Source of the DNA: Octopus sinensis
Lineage: Eukaryota
Length of the DNA stretch: 64,000 nucleotides
Direction of reading: 5' to 3'
Assembly (NCBI RefSeq): GCF_006345805.1
Contig: NC_043002.1
Span: 78,988,001 to 79,052,000 of the forward strand
How positions within the stretch are numbered: the stretch's first letter is position 1; the number at the start of each line of letters is the position of its first letter. The notes beneath the pieces were generated by a model that saw only the letters and a list, made by a program, of their open reading frames with translations, made no database searches and was not told the origin of the DNA. The translations under genes and the position numbers were made by a program. This document shows, piece by piece, positions 24,935 to 38,949 of this stretch.

Positions 24935-24975
24935 CTTTAAAAATCCAGGCATTGATTTTTCTATGTCATCGACAT
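24935..24975 (-). CDS. PPA1: PPA exon 7
   Basis: GTTTTAG acceptor, AAG|GTAAGT donor; (D)VDDIEKSMPGFLK. Confidence 0.92.
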
Positions 24976-26161
24976 CTAAAACACAAAAGAAACAGAGATT
25001 AAGAGTAAGAACAAAAATGTGAACATAGCTGAAATAAACCGAGATTCTTTGCTCTATGCAGAAATTGCAAAAGCTACTCAGAGGTATTGCAAGCTTCTGT
25101 TCTGAATCCATTGCATTATTGGAAATCTTTCCATATTATGAACAGGTATCTCAGAGTCACAAGCATTACACCTGAATGGAGCAGTGAAAACTTAATTAGT
25201 TTTTGCCTGTAGAAGGGTGGCCTCTTGCCAACCAGAGCCACAATTGAGTTAATTTCAATTGGTATGCCTTATCTTGATGGCTTTTTTTTTCAGTTGTCTG
25301 GGCTCTAGATCAATATTCTGCAGGAAATAGCATACCAACCCAATTGGAAAGTAGCGGCAGCTAACTTCATGAAAAATTACACACTCTCCATCTTTAATAC
25401 AAATGTTATGAGAACACTACTCTAATTATAAATGTAATGTCATCTCGACTTTAAAATCACGAGGAGACTTGAAGGAAATTCAGATTGTAATACTGATAGA
25501 TTAACACAACTAAGACAGAATGTTATCAGTATATAAGACTTTTCAGAATTGATAACAAGGCAGATTGAGATGACAAGTGGACTTCAAGGTTAAGCCAGTT
25601 CACTAAGAGATTTATATTTCTAAGTGAACTGAGGCTTGAAGCAATATAGATTTGAATTCACAACATGCCAATGAACAATGTTTAATATGATCTGGAGTGT
25701 CATAACCTCCAGGCAGAACATACAAGCTGAACAATATCACAAAATCATGATGTCAACCTGTGTAGAAATAATACCAGTTAAATAATAGGGTTATTCCACA
25801 TAAGTATTTACCATCTCTTTAAAATAAAGATTATAGGTGTTCTACTAGCAAAAAAAGAAAAAAGAAAAAAACTTATTTTTATGGATCATTTCAATTTTAA
25901 TGCAGACCTCCATCCAAGTCACCATCACTCCAAAAATAGATGTTTTATTTATTTTTTATATATGCAAAATATGTGGGAATATTAATATATGTTCCAACAA
26001 TTTATAAAAATTGTTAAAATTTTTACAATCATCCTCTCAGGCTAGAAACACATGTATTTATAATACACACACAAGTATTAAGTAATCTTTGACTGAAAAA
26101 AAAAAATAATTGGACAGAATACAGTGCCATAAAAATCAGCAAAAATAATTCTAAAACTTAC

Positions 26162-26224
26162 CATTTAAATCACTGGCTAATGGATCGGTAACATCAATTG
26201 CTAGAACTTTCCAATCAGTCTCTC
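26162..26224 (-). CDS. PPA1: PPA exon 6
   Basis: TTTCAG acceptor, G|GTAAGT donor; (G)ETDWKVLAIDVTDPLASDLN. Confidence 0.95.
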
Positions 26225-26401
26225 CTGAAATTAAAGAGATAAAAAATCCATAGTACTTTGCTAGAATTAGGAACAAAGTTCTGTTTGTAAACATGCAAGA
26301 CATGCTACAAAATACAATAAATAAACTACAGAATAAACCTCCTGTAGATTTGACCTGCGACTACATGTGTAGAATAATTAGTTTACAATAGGCTACAATA
26401 T

Positions 26402-26775
26402 TCTTTTATTCTTTTTTAATTTCAGTCATTTGCCTGCAGCCATGCTGGAGCACTGCCTTTGGTCGAACACATCGACCCTAGGACTTATTCTTTGTAAGCC
26501 TAGTACTTATTCTATCAGTCTCTTTTGCCAAACCACTAAGTTACGGGGGAGATAAACACACCAACATCGGTTGACAAGTGATGATGGGAGAGGACAAACA
26601 CAGGCACACAAACACACACATTTATACACACGATGAGCTTCTTTCAGTTTCTGTCTACCAAATCCACTCATAGGGCTTTGGTCGACCTGGGGCTATAGTA
26701 GAAGACACTTGTCCAAGGTGCCACACAGTGGAACTGAACCCGGAACCATGTAAGCAAGCTACTTACCACACAGCT
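26402..26775 (-). mobile_element. SINE family 1, near full length
   Basis: Reverse complement of 21809-22235. Confidence 0.8.
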
Positions 26776-27004
26776 GTGTGCCTTGTATAGTTTACAATAG
26801 TTTAAATAATTAGTTTACAATAAACAATCATAAACTGCTATCTCTGTTTCAACGTTATTACAATGGACAGGAAAAGACAGATCAACTTACAACAGTTTCA
26901 AGTATCAAAAATACTGTCAGCAACAGAATACCAGATCCTCAACTGTATATGTTGAAACTGCACTTGTATAGCTGTCATTATTATGCACTTTGTTAAATCA
27001 GGTA

Positions 27005-27212
27005 ACGTGGCTGATGCCAGCCCCTATGGCTCCCATGCCGGTGGCACGTAAAAAGCACCCACTACAATTGCGGAGTGGTTGACATTAGGAAGGGCATCCA
27101 GCTGTAGAAACACTGCCAGATCAGACTGGAGCCTGGTGCAGCCTCCTGGTTTCCCAGACCCCAGTTGAACCATCCAACCCATGCCAGCATGGAAAACAGA
27201 CGTTAAACAATG
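27005..27212 (+). mobile_element. RTE-like 3' end
   Basis: Same sequence as 1316-1598. Confidence 0.7.
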
Positions 27213-28634
27213 AACACAAGCTGTTTACAATGATATATCTAGTGCATTTAATTCTCATTAGTTTGCATACACAGTATCAGCTAAAATTTGTAGGTTTATT
27301 CTCAAGTGGACTCACTCACAAAAAATTAATATGGTGGTAATTTATACAATAAATAAAAGACAGCATTTTCCTCTGTGTACACACATAGACTCAAGTTTTA
27401 TCTCACTGCATGGCTGGTTTGATTACAGAAGTCACTTGGGTAAGTGACTTCTGAAATCTTGGGTCAACCATTGTCTTGTAAGTGGAACTAGTAAACGGAA
27501 ACCATAAGGAAGCCTGTTGTATATTATATCTATCACCAACATCATTTAACATACATCTTCCATTCTGGCATGGGTTGGATGATTTGACAGGAGCTGGATA
27601 GCCAGAGATGTGCACCAAGCTCTACTGTTCTGGCATGGTGTTTACAGCTGAATGTCCTTATTAACTCCTACCACTTTACAGAGTAGAGTGGATGCTTTTT
27701 ACATGACACCAGCATCAGCAAGGTTGGCTTTGGCCGGCAGGCACACACATACACACTGAATGACCTCAGGAAACTAAATCTTTCAGGCACCTGGCCATAC
27801 TCAAGAAGACCCATACTCTGCAGCAGCAATGTTAAGACTGATCCTTCTGTTGGTGTAAAGCACTCATGACAGTGCCATGTAAAAGCGCCCAGCACACACT
27901 GTAAAGTGGGTAGGCATTAGGAAGGGAATTCAGCTGTAGAAAATTTTGCCAAATCAGACTGGAGTCTGGTGCCTCACAAAAGACCAGCCAACCTATGCCA
28001 GCATGGTAAACATGTTAAAAGATGATATATCTGAAATTAGTGTGGTAGACGAAGTCACCAAAAAAACTGAAAAATGATATGGTTGATCATAGATCTGATC
28101 ATCCACTACTGCTCACCCAGGACACAAGTTCTTATCTCTATTTCAAATCAATACTTTTTAAATACACCCACTCAATCCATTGTTTAGATTTACAATATGT
28201 TTCAAAAGTGTTTATCTTCTCCAGCTGTTGGGAATTTCTCTCTTATTCAGCTTTCTCTGTCATATCACATTATAATTATGTTTGCTTAATCAATATATTC
28301 AATATATTGGCTGTGTAGATCACATCAAAATGTTACAAAGCTACATCTATACAACAGAGGAGATCAAGTAGACCTAAATGAAAGTTCACAATTAAGCTTT
28401 TGTTTCTCAACTATTAAAAAAATTGCCCCCATTACAAGAATGACTCTTCACAATGGCTTAATTGCTACAGCTCTACTGTTCCAGTTTGTTTTCTTTGTTT
28501 ATAATCTACAGATTTATGTGTAATTAAGAAACTTATAAATTTTAATTAATTTTGATAAAAACAAAATTTCAAACTATTCATTGAACAGAAAAACAAATAT
28601 GGATGCAAGACAGGAGAGAAAGAGTAAAATATAC

Positions 28635-28698
28635 CTTCATCAATAAGGCACATCACTCCGAGGACTTTCACTTGGATAACAGCACCCCGTTTGTGGAT
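28635..28698 (-). CDS. PPA1: PPA exon 5
   Basis: CTTCAG acceptor, AAG|GTATAT donor; IHKRGAVIQVKVLGVMCLIDE. Confidence 0.95.
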
Positions 28699-29357
28699 CT
28701 GAAGAGTAGATTAATTATTGAAAATGTGTTAACGCTATAACACCTAAATCATCAATATACATTTAAAAAAAAAATTTAATGGTGTTTTTCTGGAGGTTAA
28801 AGAGGATGTATCTCTTACACACACACACTTCAGAGATTTGTCTGGCAAGTGATTTGATCTGGGACTGTGTGTTGAAATTCAAACAGTGTGGAGGATGCAT
28901 ATTAGCCATTCAAAAATACAGACTCAACTTCTCTAACATTTACTTCTTAGTGTCAAAAAAATGTCACACCAATTGCAATCTGGTCACTGACAGTTCTACT
29001 GCAACTCAGAGTTACCTTTTAAAGTGATCTTATTTTAGACGACTTTAAAACAGTTGAGTTGGTATCATTCAACCAAGAGCAGTCACATGCAGTTTAGTAT
29101 AAAAAAGATTGACCTTTTAGCAATTAAACCAGCCATATCCAGCCAAAATAATCTACTTTATCTTCAAACTAGCCAGATCTAGCCTCTCACTTACCCTACA
29201 ATATTATTCTAAAAATAAACAATTACGTCATTGAAATCTAAAATCTACAAGGTAATACATGACTAATTCAAATCAATATGAATAAATAAGCATTACATTT
29301 AACACAGAAATTTGAATGCTAAAGGGTTAAAATCAATGCCTAATTTTTTCAACTTAC

Positions 29358-29444
29358 CTTTGATCCAATTTCACAAACATCAATTGGGTCAGAATCTCCC
29401 TTAGTGTTTGTATCTGGGGTTACAAAATTTGGGTCTTCCCAGGT
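29358..29444 (-). CDS. PPA1: PPA exon 4
   Basis: TTTGCAG acceptor, AAG|GTAAGT donor; [29 protein letters not shown] (PPase signature). Confidence 0.96.
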
Positions 29445-30295
29445 CTGCAAACGAAAGACAAATGGTATTTGAACAAAGTTAATAAACAGTCATGTCAGGG
29501 GTACAGGTTCAAGTCCTGTAGCCACTTTCTGGCAACTTTTTTGTCTTATAATGGTAAAATACCCAATCTTTCTGTTTTCTCAGCTATACTGCATTCGAAA
29601 TTTACACATAAAATGTCAAAATGTATTATCTTATAATAATTCTGCATGTTCTTCCATTACTTAGCCCGTCTGTAATGCTTCCACAGTGATTGGTTGAAAG
29701 AGGGAGGGGTATGAGAAGGGGAGGGGCACATGTTATGCTAGCATGGGTTGGATGAATACATATTTTTGAGGAATTGTTTTACAACCAGATGCACTTCTTA
29801 TCACTAATCCTTACCTATTTTATATGGAAGGGTTTTCTTTATTATTATTATTATCATTATTATTCTATTTTGCTTCAGAAATAAAGCTACAGGATAATTT
29901 CACTGACTAACATCAATGTCACCCACCATTTTTTATTGGCTCAACACTTTCATGCAAAGGACACAAAATGAGAAGTCACACACACACACACACACAGAGA
30001 GTAAGTGTGTGCCTCATCCTAACAGCGCATAAGTATTATGAGTGTCACCATAATACAGGCAGTGTCCATAGTTTCCAATCTTCTGTCAAAGTATCTCATG
30101 AGGAAATATCCCCTTGTCTGTAAACAGGCGAGGGTTGACAACAGGAAAGGCACTCAATTGTAAAAAATCTTCAACAAATTCCATCTGACTCGTGCATGCA
30201 TGGAGAAGTGGACGTTAAAATGACAATGGTGAAAACTCGTTTTCATGAGAGTTTTACATATAACAGATCAAAACAATAAAATTTCAATGTGTGTT

Positions 30296-30622
30296 GCTGA
30301 GACCCCCTTCGGTCATGACTGACCATGGGATTGCACCTAGAAAGTTACGTTCCCAGGCACAAGTCCAGGCAAGGTTGTTTTTATGGAAGACCAGCAGTCG
30401 CCCATGCATACCGGCCTCCCCTCTCCACACCACCAGTGTTATCCAAGGAAAAGGCAGATACAGCTTGGCACCTGTGACATCACAACTCATTTCTATAGCT
30501 GAGTAAACTGGAGCAACGTGAAAAAGTGTCTTGTTCAAGAACACAACACGCAGCCTGGTCTGGGATTCAAATCACAACCTCACGATCGTAAGCTCGACGC
30601 TCTAACCACTGAGCCATGCACC
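30296..30622 (-). mobile_element. tRNA-derived SINE (family 4) with 13-bp TSD
   Basis: TSD TTCAATGTGTGTT at 30283-30295 and 30623-30635; head GGTGCATGGCTCAGTGGTTAGAGCGTCG...; a related copy lies at ~40600-40830. Confidence 0.85.
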
Positions 30623-32519
30623 TTCAATGTGTGTTATATTTGGTATACTTAAATAAAACTAGGAAATGTTTTAAGAAGACAACATAATTATAATTCCCTG
30701 CATTCCAAGTTTAAATTCTATCAGAATTGTCTTGGACTTTCACTCCTCTGGAGTTGATAAGATAAGCACCACCCCATGTTCTTTTAGCACCATCAAGTTG
30801 TCAAAGTGCACCTGGTGACTTCTTTCATAAGTACTAAGTACCTGTGAAACTTCCATGGTGAGAAAAATAAAATGATTTCCATTTGCTTTCCAGTTTAAAT
30901 TTTCTTTTTTTTTCCCCTAACACTGCTTTGCTAGATACATGCAAGTTCACAACACCTGCCTGGCACAAGGTAAAGAAAAAAATCCTAAAAGAAACACTGC
31001 AATCCATTTTGTCCACTATTCTACCAGTTCTGCCAAACCACTATCCTAGACTGGTACTTTAACCCTTTAGCATTTAAGCTGGCCATATCTGGCTCAAATA
31101 TTCTATTGGTTTTGTTAAAACCGATCAGGTCCAGTCTTTTTCATCTACCTGACAATGTCATTCAAATCAAACAATCACATCATCAAAATCTCAAAGCTAT
31201 GACATAATGCATAATTAATTCAAAACAATGTGAATAAACAAGCATTAAATTTGACAATCTGAACACTAAAAGGTTAATTTTTATTGGCTGGACCCAGAAA
31301 GATGAAAAGCAAAGTTGACATCAATGGGATCTGAACTAAGAACTACAAATACTACAGGGTGTTTTGCCCTACACTTTAATTGGCCTAGTACTGGCATATA
31401 CCAAATAGTAGCTACAAGTCATCATAAGTAGGCAAACATCTTAGAGTACTTACTCTTGGCCTCGCATAATATCAAGGATGTAACAGCTACAGAAAGAGAA
31501 AATTACACAAGTACTTGACTGATATTCATTTTCAGCTAAACAGACAGGAGCAGCATGAAATGAGAGTGCCTGGCTTTGGACAAAGTCTCTTGGTCCAGGA
31601 ACCAAACCCACAACCTTAATGATCGTGAGCCTATCACCCAAATCACTAGGCTATGCATCTTCAAGACAAGCTTATACTAATAAGCTCAATTAATTTAACA
31701 AGATTCCTTTGCTGGAAATGATTAGCATTTTTTTTTAGCATTTTATCTAAAATATCATATCTAAATCACCAAGCTTTAATTAAGTCAATAGTGAACAAGA
31801 GAAGAAGCAAGAACATGTTGAGAGGCAAGAAGCTGTGTTTCAGATCCTGCTACAGCATTATGTACACAGAGCCCTCAAAATCTGCAATTACAGAGATTTA
31901 ACAAAGTACCATACATGATCTAATTCACTAATGTCAACAGTGGCAACACTATAGAATTGATGAGTGTGCAAGGTTGAATTCAGTTATTCTTGCAGGAAAA
32001 ATTATTTACAACAGGTTGGTATTCTTTCCAGGGAAAGAGCTACCTCACCTTCAGGTATATAAAAAAAAAAAAAAAAAAAAAACACTACCCCTACAATCTT
32101 CATGGTTTGGAGAGAAAACAAAACAACTGAAATATATCAGGAATTAAATTCTTCAAATGTTGCTGTATGAACAAAGAACTGCCATAATTTCTCAAACTGA
32201 TGGCAATTTATGAGGCCAAAGATCATAGCACTGAAGACAATGAAAGAACCTCTACAGGATCACTTGAACTGTTATAAATAGCAGTCAAATGAACACACAA
32301 TCTAGAGAAAAAAAAAGCTGGGTGTCACAGCTGGGATGTTTTGTTTTGTTTTTTATATCAGTTCTGCTGTTTAGTTAAAACCAGGGGTTAAAGAACAATT
32401 ATCTCTACTGTCACCACCACCTAGTTCTACATATTTAGCCGACTGGATAGTTAGAAACCTGATATAATGACAATACACCAGATGACAGCAGCTATTCATA
32501 AATTAATAAATACAAGACA

Positions 32520-32584
<65 letters not shown>

Positions 32585-33402
32585 CATAGAAACACAAAAG
32601 ATCAAATAAATCATTCATTCATGAAATCTCCCTATATGCAACAACAATGCATGACATGGCTGACCATTGTTGATTTAATCAATAACTCACTTTGTTTAAT
32701 TGAAAAACCCCACCCACAAAAAAAAATCCACTAGATTTAATGGAACTGAAGCAAACATTAAACCAAGTTGAATTAATTGTAATCTATAAAATTCAGATAT
32801 AAATTCAAAAGCCAAGGGATTGAATCTTGAAGATTGCAGTTTAAGTAGCTTTAATGAGATGAATGAAACGACTTAGATAAATTAGGAGAAAGTAAGCAAT
32901 AACATAAATTAAAGGGAGGTACACAAAAGAGAAATAGGAAAACTGAATCAGCTTCAGTGAACAACAATTCAAAGGTTACAGAGCTATTGATTTCATCATC
33001 ATCATCATTTAACATATTTTCTATGCCGACATGGGCTGGGCAGTTTGAACCGAGCTGGTAAGCACGGGAGCTGGACCTGGTTCCAGTCTGATTTAGCTGG
33101 ATTTCTCAGCTAGATGCCTTTCCTAATGCCAACAATTTTAGAGTGTGGTGGGTGCTTTTTATAAAATAAAATCACTCTCGTCATTCTGTTTTAAAACATT
33201 CAATACTAATCCCTGGTTCTATGATAGAAATTTCCAGTTTTGAAAAGGTGATATAAATTAAAACCTCCCTTCATAATTTCTATGTCTGCAAACATAACAC
33301 TTTGTATGACAGTAACATTGTTTAGGATTAGCAAGTGATGCTATAAAAAGTTTAAAAAAAAAAAAAAAAAAAACCCCACGCACAATGGACTTTTTAGTTT
33401 CC

Positions 33403-33631
33403 TATTTCTTTACTGCTCACAAGGGGCTACACACAGAGGGGACAAACAAGGACTGACAAACGGATTAAGTCAAATGTATCGACCCCAGTGCGCAACTGGT
33501 ACTTAATGTATCGACCCCGAAAAGGATGAAAGGCAAAGTCGACCTCAGCGGAATTTGAAATCAGAACGTAGCGGCAGACGAAATACCAAGCATTTCGCCC
33601 AGCGTGTTAACAATTCTGCCAGCTCGCCGCC
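33403..33631 (-). mobile_element. SINE family 2 with 12-bp TSD, nested in a family 1 SINE
   Basis: TSD TTTTTAGTTTCC at 33391-33402 and 33632-33643. Confidence 0.85.
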
Positions 33632-33830
33632 TTTTTAGTTTCCATCAAGTGAATCCACTCAAAAGGCTATGGTCAGCCTGGAGCAACAACTGCTGACACT
33701 TGCCCAAGGTGCCAAGCACTGAGATTGAAAGCAAAAAAAAAAAGAGGGTGCAAAGCAAACTTCATAATCACACAGCTATACCTGCATCTGTTATACACTC
33801 ACATAAACTTATATAGAGAGGTATGTGTAG

Positions 33831-33873
<43 letters not shown>

Positions 33874-35149
33874 GTACATGTTTACACATGTACGTAAAGA
33901 AAAGAAACCTGGAGAAAAGAGACAGCCAATTTATAAAAGACACAACAGCTCTCTTTCTGAATAGAGTTAAGGACACAAGTTAATACTGAACAATCAATCG
34001 ATAAGGGTTGAGCATAACGAGGGATGAATCAATGCAATGGAATTAAGTCAGTTTAATCCTTTATCGGTCAATATTTTATGAAAGACTAATGAGGAGATTG
34101 CAAGGTGAATAAGAACAGAGTATAAAATAGATGAAAGGGACAAAGGAGATTGAATATGTAAAGACTGCATTATTAATAATGAGCTAAAGTTTATAATAAG
34201 TCATAAATAGCTTATTGATGAATGTCTTATAATAAAGCTCTTTGGATCTTCTAATAGCTACTTAACATTTCTTCTTTAATATAAGTGTACATATGAATTG
34301 ACCGAGTCACAAGGGCATTGGTTTTCGTTCTGGCTCTCTGTATCGAGTGCAAATATTGGGGGGGGGGGTCAACATTGCCTTTGAGTTTTTAAAAAACGAA
34401 ATACCTGTACTGTGATTGATTCATCACTATCCCTCCTGATCTCTTTTCCTTTACCCTCCACCCCGGTTTTTTTCCCCTCAATCTCTCTCCACCTTTATTC
34501 CTCCCCTCCCCATCTCTAAAACATCATTCTTCCTGTATGACCTGGCAGATCAGTTCAGGGTTATGTCACCAGTGTCTCAGTGCAGACAACTTGTGTTCAC
34601 ACAAGCATGTGCTACTGTCTCCTTGCCTTGACAGCACAAAAGTTGTAAAACAAGTGTCACCTTCGTGCAAACAGTATCCTTCATTGCCAGTCTTGTGAGA
34701 CATGTCTGGTCATAAGGGGAACTATTACCTTACTAGGAAACAAATGAGGGCTGGTGACAAGGAAGGGTATCCAGCCATAGAAAATGCACCCCAACAAATT
34801 CCATCCGAAACATGAAATGTGGACACATTAAAATGAAAAATTTTATTTTACTTTTTTGATTTCTTCCTATCCCATTTTAACAAGTAGACAAAAGTTTAAA
34901 GATTTGACCATTTGAGAGTATTTCTATATTTCTAGTTTTTACATCCTATTCTTGCTTGCTGAAAGGTATTACTAAAAGTGTTGATATATCATGAAGGGCT
35001 CTAGCTGCAAAAAGCTATCTGAAAAAGTCCTGTTCAATCCATGCAGCATAGAAAAGCAAATGTAAAAACCATGATAATGATGAAATTGTTTTACATCTTT
35101 TTTTCTATGTTGGCATGTATTGTATGGAGAGTTGCTAGACTATCTGTTT

Positions 35150-35470
35150 CAATCATTTGACTGTGGCCATGCTGGAGCACCACCTTTAGTCAAGCAAATC
35201 GACCCCGATACTTATTCTTTGTAAGCCTAGTACTTATTCTATCAGTGTCTTTTGCCGAACCGCTAAGTTACGGGGACATAAACACACCAGCATCAGTTGT
35301 CAAGCAATGCTAGAGGGACAAACACAGACACACAAACATATACATATATATACAAGGGGCTTCTTTCAGTTTCCGTCTACCAAATCCACTCAAGGATTTG
35401 GTCAGCCGAGACTGAACCCAGAACTATGTGGTTGGGAAGCAAGTTTCTTACCACAATCAAGCCTGTGCCT
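35150..35470 (-). mobile_element. SINE family 1
   Basis: Reverse complement of head and tail. Confidence 0.75.
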
Positions 35471-35898
35471 ATATATATCATTGTTTAATGTCTATTTTCC
35501 ATGCTGACACGGGTTAGATGGTTTGAGAGGAGCTGTTCCTGTGATCATGATTCAAGAAGATATACAGCAGTATGCTAAAGATCGGACATAATCTCTCGTG
35601 GACAAGAAATGTAAAGTTTATAAACAACACAAACACTGTAATTTAATAGCTTTCAATGTGATACCTGTTAAACAGAAATTATTTAATCATAAGTTGTCTA
35701 ATCATAAGAGAAATTATGCTAAATACAACTATATTGAAAACCTTTTCCTCCTGGCTATATTGGTGAGTAGAAGCTTTAACAAATTTTATCCTGAAAATCA
35801 CCTGCGTAAATTACACAGGTGTGCAAATTACAAGGGTTTTAAGGTATATGTGCATTACCACCATCAAATGACAAGTAAAAAAATAAAAGAAAATCTAT

Positions 35899-35936
<38 letters not shown>

Positions 35937-36549
35937 CAGGCTCCTTTTTCCCCCATTTCTTTCCATTCACAAACACTGATTGCACCAATGCTATAATAGG
36001 AGACACTTGCCAAAGAGCTGTGCAGTGGGATTGAACCCAAGACCATGTGAGACAAACTTCTTAATCATACAGTCATGCCTGCACCCCGTTTGCATTGATT
36101 TGCAATTGTAATCAATGAGTTTTAGTAAAATAGCTGTAACATTTATCTGCACATTATATTGGTTTCAAATTTTAGCACAGGGTCAGTAACTTCGGGGTGG
36201 GTTAAGTCGATTACATCGACCACAGTGCTCAACTGGTACTTATTTTATCAACCCTGAAAGGATGAAAGGGTAAGCTGACATCGGCAGAATTTGAACTCAA
36301 AACAAAGCCAGCTGACAACACGAAGACAAATGTTGCCTAGCATTTTGCTCAGCATGCTAATAATTCTGCCAGCTTGTTACCTTATATGTACATTATACTG
36401 GTATTTACCAAATGAAATCTCAATATTCATGCAATGAGAAATTACAAGCAGACTAATAAAAAGAGAGAGGGTGGGGTTCAGAGTGAGGACATGTCATTTT
36501 AAAACTTAAAATGGTGTAATGAAATAAAGAGTTTTTTTTTCCCATTTAC

Positions 36550-36669
36550 CTGTGGAAGTGCTCCATAGTTCCAGATATAACCATGGTGAGGGAAAAGGTT
36601 CTTCACAAATCTCACTTTGCCATTCTTAACATCTTGTTTGATGGGATTCATCATGTCCTCTTTGCAGAT
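36550..36669 (-). CDS. PPA1: PPA exon 3
   Basis: TTTATAG acceptor, CAG|GTAAAT donor; [40 protein letters not shown]. Confidence 0.96.
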
Positions 36670-37540
36670 CTATAAAAAAAAAATAAATTTGTAAACTTTT
36701 TAAGAGAAGGTAACAATTTTTTTTCCAATCTTCCATGGAAGGATGTCTGGTCATAGAGCAAATATTACTTTGCTCGAAAACAGTTCCAAGTAGACAACAG
36801 AAAGAGCATACAGCTGTAGAAAAACAGCTTCAAGGAATTCTGTCTGACCTATACAAGCATGGAGAAGCAGACATTTATACAATATTATATACCTGCTTTT
36901 ATATACTAGCATCGGTTGTACAGGTCTTCGAAATCCTAGTTTTTTTTTTTTTAGAGTCTGTTTATATAGAGCTAGCACTCACTTCAAGGAGTCATGGACA
37001 TCATATCATGATTTCATAGTTGGCATGGTTTTTATAACTGGATGCCTTTTCTAACACCAAGAATATTATAGTTTAGATGTACATTTTACTAGGGCACCAA
37101 TATGACAATTCAACAAAAATTCACAAACATAAACAGGCATGTGGTTAACAGGCTTTGCTTTGCAAAGCATGTAATTTCAGGTTCAGTCCCACTGCATGGC
37201 ACCTTGGGCAAGTACCTTCTACTACAGTCCCAGTATAACCAATACCTTGTGAGTGAATTAGGTGGATGGAAACTGCATGGAAGCCTGTCAAATGTGTTTT
37301 TACATTTGTTCCCTCACCATCACTGCTTGACAATCAGTGTTGGTTTGTATACATCCTCATAACTTAGTTCCATAAAAGTGACCAATAAAATAAGTCCCAG
37401 ACTTGAAAAGTACTGGGGTCGGTACCCAAGTACAACTGTAGTCAAATGACTGAAACAGATATAACTCAAAAAAGACAAAATATGATAAATGCCTAAAACA
37501 AAATCTAGTTGAGGGAAGAAAATTCTATAAATCAACCTAC

Positions 37541-37656
37541 CTCCATCTTGTGGTTTGTCCATCGTGGAATTTCAACAACCATATTAAACTCAGTCTTGCT
37601 TGTATTTGAATATAAGGGAATATCATGGAATGGTGAAATGATGCCATTAGGACCAC
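37541..37656 (-). CDS. PPA1: PPA exon 2
   Basis: TTTTTCAG acceptor, GAG|GTAGGT donor; (S)[38 protein letters not shown]. Confidence 0.96.
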
Positions 37657-37947
37657 CTGAAAAATAGACAGAAATTTAAGGCTTTGGATTATTAAGTAAA
37701 AATCTCATATAGAAATCACACACAGTTCAAGCTCGTACAACTTTGACACACGATTTATAGTGTTGTTACCATTGTTTAGCTTCAAGTCAATCTTGAACAA
37801 GCAGACATTCCAGTCATGACCAACCTATCTTTTTTATAAGTGTTATGTTGGCCTACTTCAACACAATGTCATTTAAGATGGGAGTATGACTGGCAGGTGA
37901 TTTGGATTCGAATTCCTGAAGGTTCAGAAATTATATAAAGGGTCAGG

Positions 37948-38200
37948 ATCATCATCGTTTAACGTCCGTTTTCCGTGCTAGCACGGGTTGGAAGGGTTCG
38001 ACCGGGGTCTGGGAAGCCAGGGGCTGCACCAGGCTCCAGTCTGATCTGGCAGTGTTTCTACAGCTGGATGCCCTTCCTAATGCCAACCACTCCGCGAGTG
38101 TAGTGGGTGCTTTTTACGTGCCACTGGCACAGGTGCCAGGGGAATCTGGCATCGGCCACGATCGGTTGGTGCTTTTAACGTGCCACCGGCACGGACATCT
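37948..38200 (-). mobile_element. RTE-like 3' end (young copy)
   Basis: Near-identical to 4921-5160; CpGs intact. Confidence 0.8.
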
Positions 38201-38730
38201 AAAATACACATTATGTGTATCATTTAACATCCATGTTCCATGCAGGCATGGGTTGAATGGTTTGACAAGATCTGACAGGTCCAGAGACCACATTGTCTAC
38301 TTTAACATGGTTTCCACATGTATGTATACACATACACCTCTGTGTCATATGTACACACATCCATACTGTTGCGCGTGTGCACACACACACACTGTATGCA
38401 CTTTTCTCCCAAATTTTTAAACCTCAAGATTGAAAATACACATATGTAAATAACTGTTACACATCCCCACCCCCACCCAGTCAAGTACATAGCCATATTC
38501 ATGGCAGCATAAAAGTGTTATATCTTTTGTTCGAGCTAACTGATGGATAACAAAGAGCTTAAACCACTTCGAAAATGTTACATTTTTCTGTTACTGATAA
38601 AATATTAAATGTTCAGAGATGTACTAGCAAAGCAAGTGACCTGATCTGAGATTGTGTGCTGGAACAAAAATAACTGCAGTGTGGAAAGTGTTTATAAGCC
38701 ATTTAAGAAACACGCAAAAACCGTTAAATT

Positions 38731-38894
38731 TAAATGTTGAAGGGAATCTAATTTGTCAAAATATTTACATCACTTTGAAACCATGACCTGTTCACTGACA
38801 AAATTCTGTGCTGCATCGGAATTTTGTCGGTGAACAGGTCACGGTCTCAAAGCGATGAAAATATTTTGGCAAATTAAATGTTGAAGTGAATCTA
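38731..38894. repeat. 125-bp hairpin flanked by ~20-bp direct repeats
   Basis: Arms 38750-38806 and 38819-38875; TAAATGTTGAAG(G/T)GAATCTA at 38731 and 38875. Confidence 0.8.
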
Positions 38895-38949
38895 TTATTT
38901 TACACTGGATTCGCCATATAGAATTCCTACCTTTCTTCCATATCAAGCA

